From NCBI GenBank assembly GCA_963698505.1, contig CAVORC010000030.1, positions 3,401 to 67,400 of the forward strand: a DNA stretch of 64,000 nt, read 5' to 3'. Under the pieces are notes generated by a model. That model searched no databases. It saw nothing but the letters and a program-made list of their open reading frames with translations, and was not told the origin of the DNA. The DNA comes from an uncultured Chloroflexia bacterium. Its GTDB lineage: Bacteria > Chloroflexota > Limnocylindria > Limnocylindrales > CSP1-4. A program made the translations under genes and the position numbers. Positions 60,146 to 64,000 of this stretch are shown here, one piece after another; within the stretch, counting starts at the first letter, position 1; each line of letters starts with the position of its first letter.

Positions 60146-61318
60146 ATGGACCGGGCACGTCGGCGGGAGGCTATCGAGCTGGAGTTCGCCAAGCTCTACG
60201 GCGCCGCACCCACGGCCTGGTTCCGGGCACCGGGACGGGTGGACCTGATGGGCAGCCACACCGACTACAACGACGGCTTCGTTGCCACCATGACCGTGGA
60301 CCGTGACACCTGGATCGCCATCCGGCCGCGTGACGACCGGCGGGTGCGCATCGCCTCCCTGAACCTTGGCGGCACGGCCGACTTCGACCTTCATGACATC
60401 GACCGTGACCGCGATGTGCCCTGGACCGACTACGTGCGCGGGTCGGCCAAGGTGCTGCTCGATGACGACGCGCAGCTGGCGGGCTTCGACGGGCTGCTCC
60501 ACAGCACCATCCCCTTCGGCAGCGGCCTCTCCTCGTCGGCAGCCATCGAGACGGCCGCGCTGCTGGCCTTCGGAAGCACCAGCGGGATCGACTACCTGCC
60601 GCTCGACCTGGCCCTGTTGGGGCAGCGCGTGGAGAACGAGTTCGTGGGCGTCAGCTGCGGCATCCTGGACCAGTACACCTCGGTGCTGGGGACGGCGGGC
60701 CATGCGCTGTTGCTGGACTGCCGTGCGCTCAGCAGCCAGCCGGTGGCCATCGCGCCAGGGCTGGCGGTGGTCATCTGCGACACCCGCGCCCCGCGCGAGC
60801 TGACCGGGTCCGAGTACGACGAACGGCGAGCGCAGTGTGAGGCGGGCGTGGCGCTCATGGCGAAGTCCGACCCGAGCGTGAGGGCGCTGCGCGATGTCAG
60901 CCTCGAGCGGTTCAAGGCGCACGAGGCCGAGCTGCCTGAGGTGATCGCTCGTCGCTGTCGCTTCATCATCGAGGAGAACCAGCGCGTGCTGGATCTCGCT
61001 GTTGCGTTGCCGGTCGGTGACCGCGACGAACTGGGCCGACTGTTCGACACCTCATTCGACGGTGCGACACGCCTCTTCGGCATCGGCGCAGCATCGATGT
61101 CGGCCATGCACCGAGCCATGGACGGTGCGCCCGGGCTTGTCGCTCGACGACAGGCCGGTGCAGGCTTCGGCGGCTGCCTGGTGGCCCTCGTCGAGCGCGA
61201 TGCCGTGACAGCGTTCGTTGCGCATACCACGCGGACCTACGCGGTCGCGACCGGCATCGACCCGGCAGTCTTCGGCGTCGAGGCAGCGCCTGGCGCGGGG
61301 CTCGTGCAGGCGGACTGA
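60146..61318 (+). CDS. galK: Galactokinase
   Basis: APGRVDLMGSHTDYNDG, PFGSGLSSSAA, CGILDQ, GAGFGGC. Confidence 0.88.
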   Translation: MDRARRREAIELEFAKLYGAAPTAWFRAPGRVDLMGSHTDYNDGFVATMTVDRDTWIAIRPRDDRRVRIASLNLGGTADFDLHDIDRDRDVPWTDYVRGSAKVLLDDDAQLAGFDGLLHSTIPFGSGLSSSAAIETAALLAFGSTSGIDYLPLDLALLGQRVENEFVGVSCGILDQYTSVLGTAGHALLLDCRALSSQPVAIAPGLAVVICDTRAPRELTGSEYDERRAQCEAGVALMAKSDPSVRALRDVSLERFKAHEAELPEVIARRCRFIIEENQRVLDLAVALPVGDRDELGRLFDTSFDGATRLFGIGAASMSAMHRAMDGAPGLVARRQAGAGFGGCLVALVERDAVTAFVAHTTRTYAVATGIDPAVFGVEAAPGAGLVQAD

Positions 61319-61355
61319 GCGCGCCACGTCAGGTCGTGCGCATCGACACTCCGCG

Positions 61356-63998
61356 TCAACCGCCCTGCGAGACCGGACCTACGCTGATGTCAAGCGTCGT
61401 CGAGTCCGAGCCACCGTCATCGTCGTCCAACGTAAGGGTCACCACGTAGCCGCCCGCCTCGGCGTTGAGATGGCTGGCACAGGCACTGCCTGTGCCTCGG
61501 TCCTCGATGACGTCAAGGGCCTGCGTGGCGCCGTCACCCCAGTCGATGGCAAGGGTGTGCCGGTCCGCGATGCCGGGGTCGGTGAAGTGCGCCGTGACCG
61601 TCAGCGCCTCGGTCGACGTGGACACCGCGTCGGCCGTCGCCGTGATCGACGGATCGACGTTGCGGACCCTGATGGTCGATGTGGCAACGTCGCTGGCACC
61701 GTCGTCATCGGTCACGGTCAGGCTGATGTCGATGACGCCGTCGTCAAGCGCCGTGAAGCGTGGGTGCATTCGGCTGACGTCATCCAGGTACCTCTGCCTG
61801 GTCCACTGCCAGGCGACGATGTCACCGTCGCGGTCCGTCGAGGCGCTGCCATCGAGCCTGATCGAGTCGCCCTCGTCGACCGAGTACGGTCCTCCGGCAT
61901 CGGCCACCGGGGCCCGGTTGGGCGGAGCGGGCTGGGCCGTGTTGGAGGAGTCGAGCTCGGGCGCGGTCGAGGACTCGGGCTTCGCTGGGCCCTCCTCGGC
62001 CGGGGGTAGCCCGTCGGGAGGGAGAGGAGCCTCGGTCGGGGCGGGCTCGTCGGTGGGCGTGGGCTCGGCGGTGGGCGGCGTGGGCTCCGGCGCGACCTCG
62101 ACCGCTGACGGATCCGCTTCGGCTGGCGCCACGACGGCGACCTGCGGCAGGCGCGGTGGGATCCGCCGCGACTTGAGCCACGGCTTGACGCTGCTCTTGC
62201 CGACGCCCTTGACGGTTCGACCGACACGCCCACCTCGAGCATCCGCGAGGTAGTCGGAAACCAGGTCGGCCTTGGCGGCCCGTGCCGCCGTCGACCAATC
62301 GGTGACCTGCTGGAGCTCTCCGACTTCGTAGTCCAGGCGCACGCTCTTGATGTCGAAGGCGGCAGAGGACGGACCCCCCAGCCCCTGCCAGGTGCTCACG
62401 ATGGCCCGCGCCACACCGTCCTTGATGCGGACGGCACCTGGAGCGCTCGTGCTCCACCAGCTGAAGCCGGGTCCGACCTCTGCGACCGCGTCGTAGTGGG
62501 CCAGGTTGCCGTAGCCCCCGAGATCGGGGTTCCAGATGGCCAGGACCGCGTGGTGGCCGTTGGGCGACATGCCCTCGACCTGGAAGGCGATGTCACGGTA
62601 CAGCCTGGATGAGGCCACCGGGAAGGTGTAGCCGACGGTCGCCGAGCCTGACTTGGAGATGAGCCGGACGCCGTAGCTGTACGTGGACTTGGCCTTGCTG
62701 ATGATCGCGTCGGCAGACTTGCCCACGAGCGAGTACTTCGCTCCTGCGACGGATACCGACCTGGTGTTCCACTCGACCCAGTCGTGCGAGAGGACGATCC
62801 GGCGTTCGATGACCCGGGTGTTGGTGCGGTCATCTACGAGGCGCGTTCGCAGGGTGTAGTACCCGGCTGGCGCCAGCCCGCCTCCGGGGACCTGGCCGTT
62901 CCAGGCGAAGGTGACGTCGGAAGTCCCTGCTGGGGCGCTCGTCTGCAACAGGATCGATCCGTCGGCGTCAGAGACGATCTCCGCCTCGACGGACAACCGC
63001 TCGTTGCGCGTGACCGTGATGCCCGTCTGGTCCCGGAAATCGTCGACGTGAGGGTAGAAGACCGGCGGGTCGACCTTGACTGACCCGAGGACGTCCTCAT
63101 CGTCACTGACGTACACGTCGAGGCTCGCATACGACCTGGCGAACTGCTCGTGTCCGAGATAGCTCGCGCTCATGGGGTGGCGCCCGAGCTTCGTCAGCAG
63201 CGGTGTGATCGTCAGCACCTGGTCACCGGGGCTCACCTCCATGGATCCCAGGAGCTCACCCGTCTCGCCGTCGTGGATGCGAAGCGTCCCGCCGGTGACA
63301 CCGGTTGGAGAGAGCGAGGCGGTGATCGTGGGCCGCTCGGTGGTCACCACGTTCGTCGTGCTGGCGGTGACCTCCAGGCTCGTGGCCACGCTCTCGCCCA
63401 CGTGAAGTGTGATGGTCGGGCTCTGGCTTGGCTCGTAGTCGTCATAGCCACGGAACGCGGCGTAGACGCGATGGGTCCCCGGCGGGAGTGCCAACTCTGC
63501 ACTGGCGGATCCGTCTTCCTGCAGTCGAGCCTCCGCGTTCAGGCTCGCATCGTCAGGAAAGATGAGACCGATCATGATGCCCACGTTCGGTCCGTAATAG
63601 GGGTTCGGTGCCACCTGGGCCTGCAGCGTGACCGGCGACCACGTCGTCCCGGTCGGCCCGGTGATGGTAGTGGTGGTGGCGACCGTTCCGTTGCCGTTGA
63701 GGCCGATCGATCGCACGCCGCTTCCGAAGTCCATGCCGATGGTGAGCTCGGCTCCGCTGTAGCCACGATGCGATGGCGTGAACCGCGCCGCCAGCACGCA
63801 TGCATCTCCGACGGCCAGCGTCCTGTTGGAGCAGGTGTCTGCCTCCATGGCGTAGTCAGCGGCATCACGGCCGACGATCCCTGCCTGTCCGAGCGTCACC
63901 GGGTTGGCGCCGACGTTGGCGATCGTCTGCGTGGGGAGGGAGAGACTCTCGCCGACATGGACGTCGGGCGGCGGGCTCCATGGCTCGCAGAACGGGTC
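61356..63998 (-). CDS. Large extracellular protein with Ig-like, FlgD-Ig-like and PKD domains (5' end outside window)
   Basis: Frame stays open to the window edge; FAWNG...LAPAGYY, Pro-rich linker, PVADAGGPYSVDEG...LDGSASTDRDG, IDWGDG. Confidence 0.8.
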   Translation of the reverse strand, partial: DPFCEPWSPPPDVHVGESLSLPTQTIANVGANPVTLGQAGIVGRDAADYAMEADTCSNRTLAVGDACVLAARFTPSHRGYSGAELTIGMDFGSGVRSIGLNGNGTVATTTTITGPTGTTWSPVTLQAQVAPNPYYGPNVGIMIGLIFPDDASLNAEARLQEDGSASAELALPPGTHRVYAAFRGYDDYEPSQSPTITLHVGESVATSLEVTASTTNVVTTERPTITASLSPTGVTGGTLRIHDGETGELLGSMEVSPGDQVLTITPLLTKLGRHPMSASYLGHEQFARSYASLDVYVSDDEDVLGSVKVDPPVFYPHVDDFRDQTGITVTRNERLSVEAEIVSDADGSILLQTSAPAGTSDVTFAWNGQVPGGGLAPAGYYTLRTRLVDDRTNTRVIERRIVLSHDWVEWNTRSVSVAGAKYSLVGKSADAIISKAKSTYSYGVRLISKSGSATVGYTFPVASSRLYRDIAFQVEGMSPNGHHAVLAIWNPDLGGYGNLAHYDAVAEVGPGFSWWSTSAPGAVRIKDGVARAIVSTWQGLGGPSSAAFDIKSVRLDYEVGELQQVTDWSTAARAAKADLVSDYLADARGGRVGRTVKGVGKSSVKPWLKSRRIPPRLPQVAVVAPAEADPSAVEVAPEPTPPTAEPTPTDEPAPTEAPLPPDGLPPAEEGPAKPESSTAPELDSSNTAQPAPPNRAPVADAGGPYSVDEGDSIRLDGSASTDRDGDIVAWQWTRQRYLDDVSRMHPRFTALDDGVIDISLTVTDDDGASDVATSTIRVRNVDPSITATADAVSTSTEALTVTAHFTDPGIADRHTLAIDWGDGATQALDVIEDRGTGSACASHLNAEAGGYVVTLTLDDDDGGSDSTTLDISVGPVSQGG

Positions 63999-64000
63999 CT

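Overview
High-GC bacterial DNA. The ECF/anti-sigma style suggests Chloroflexota, but this is inference only. 1-15 kb: rare-sugar catabolism (DeoR regulator, rhamnulokinase, ketose 3-epimerase-like, URO-D-like) facing two tandem sugar ABC operons. 15-29 kb: MFS, glucose dehydrogenase, glnA, an ECF/anti-sigma pair, resB, a trans-sulfuration enzyme, a GGDEF protein and small genes. An intact tRNA-Pro(TGG) lies at 29419-29493 (-). The main signal is three further copies of its 5' half (31810, 32773, 39484). Each sits in a conserved ~170-200 bp unit (arm with CGCTC repeats | anticodon-loop junction | 5' half | promoter-bearing leader). The units delimit three integrase-free segments of 2355, 963 and 6711 bp, resembling a tRNA-anchored, integron-like cassette array. 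A cluster of intact and broken toxin-antitoxin genes follows. Further right are accessory genes, two c-di-GMP-II-like riboswitch variants, a paralogous ECF module with a swapped sensor domain, msrA, aqpZ, an arylsulfatase, URO-D-like/galK and a large Ig/PKD surface protein running off the window. Several genes carry frameshifts that are most likely sequencing errors.
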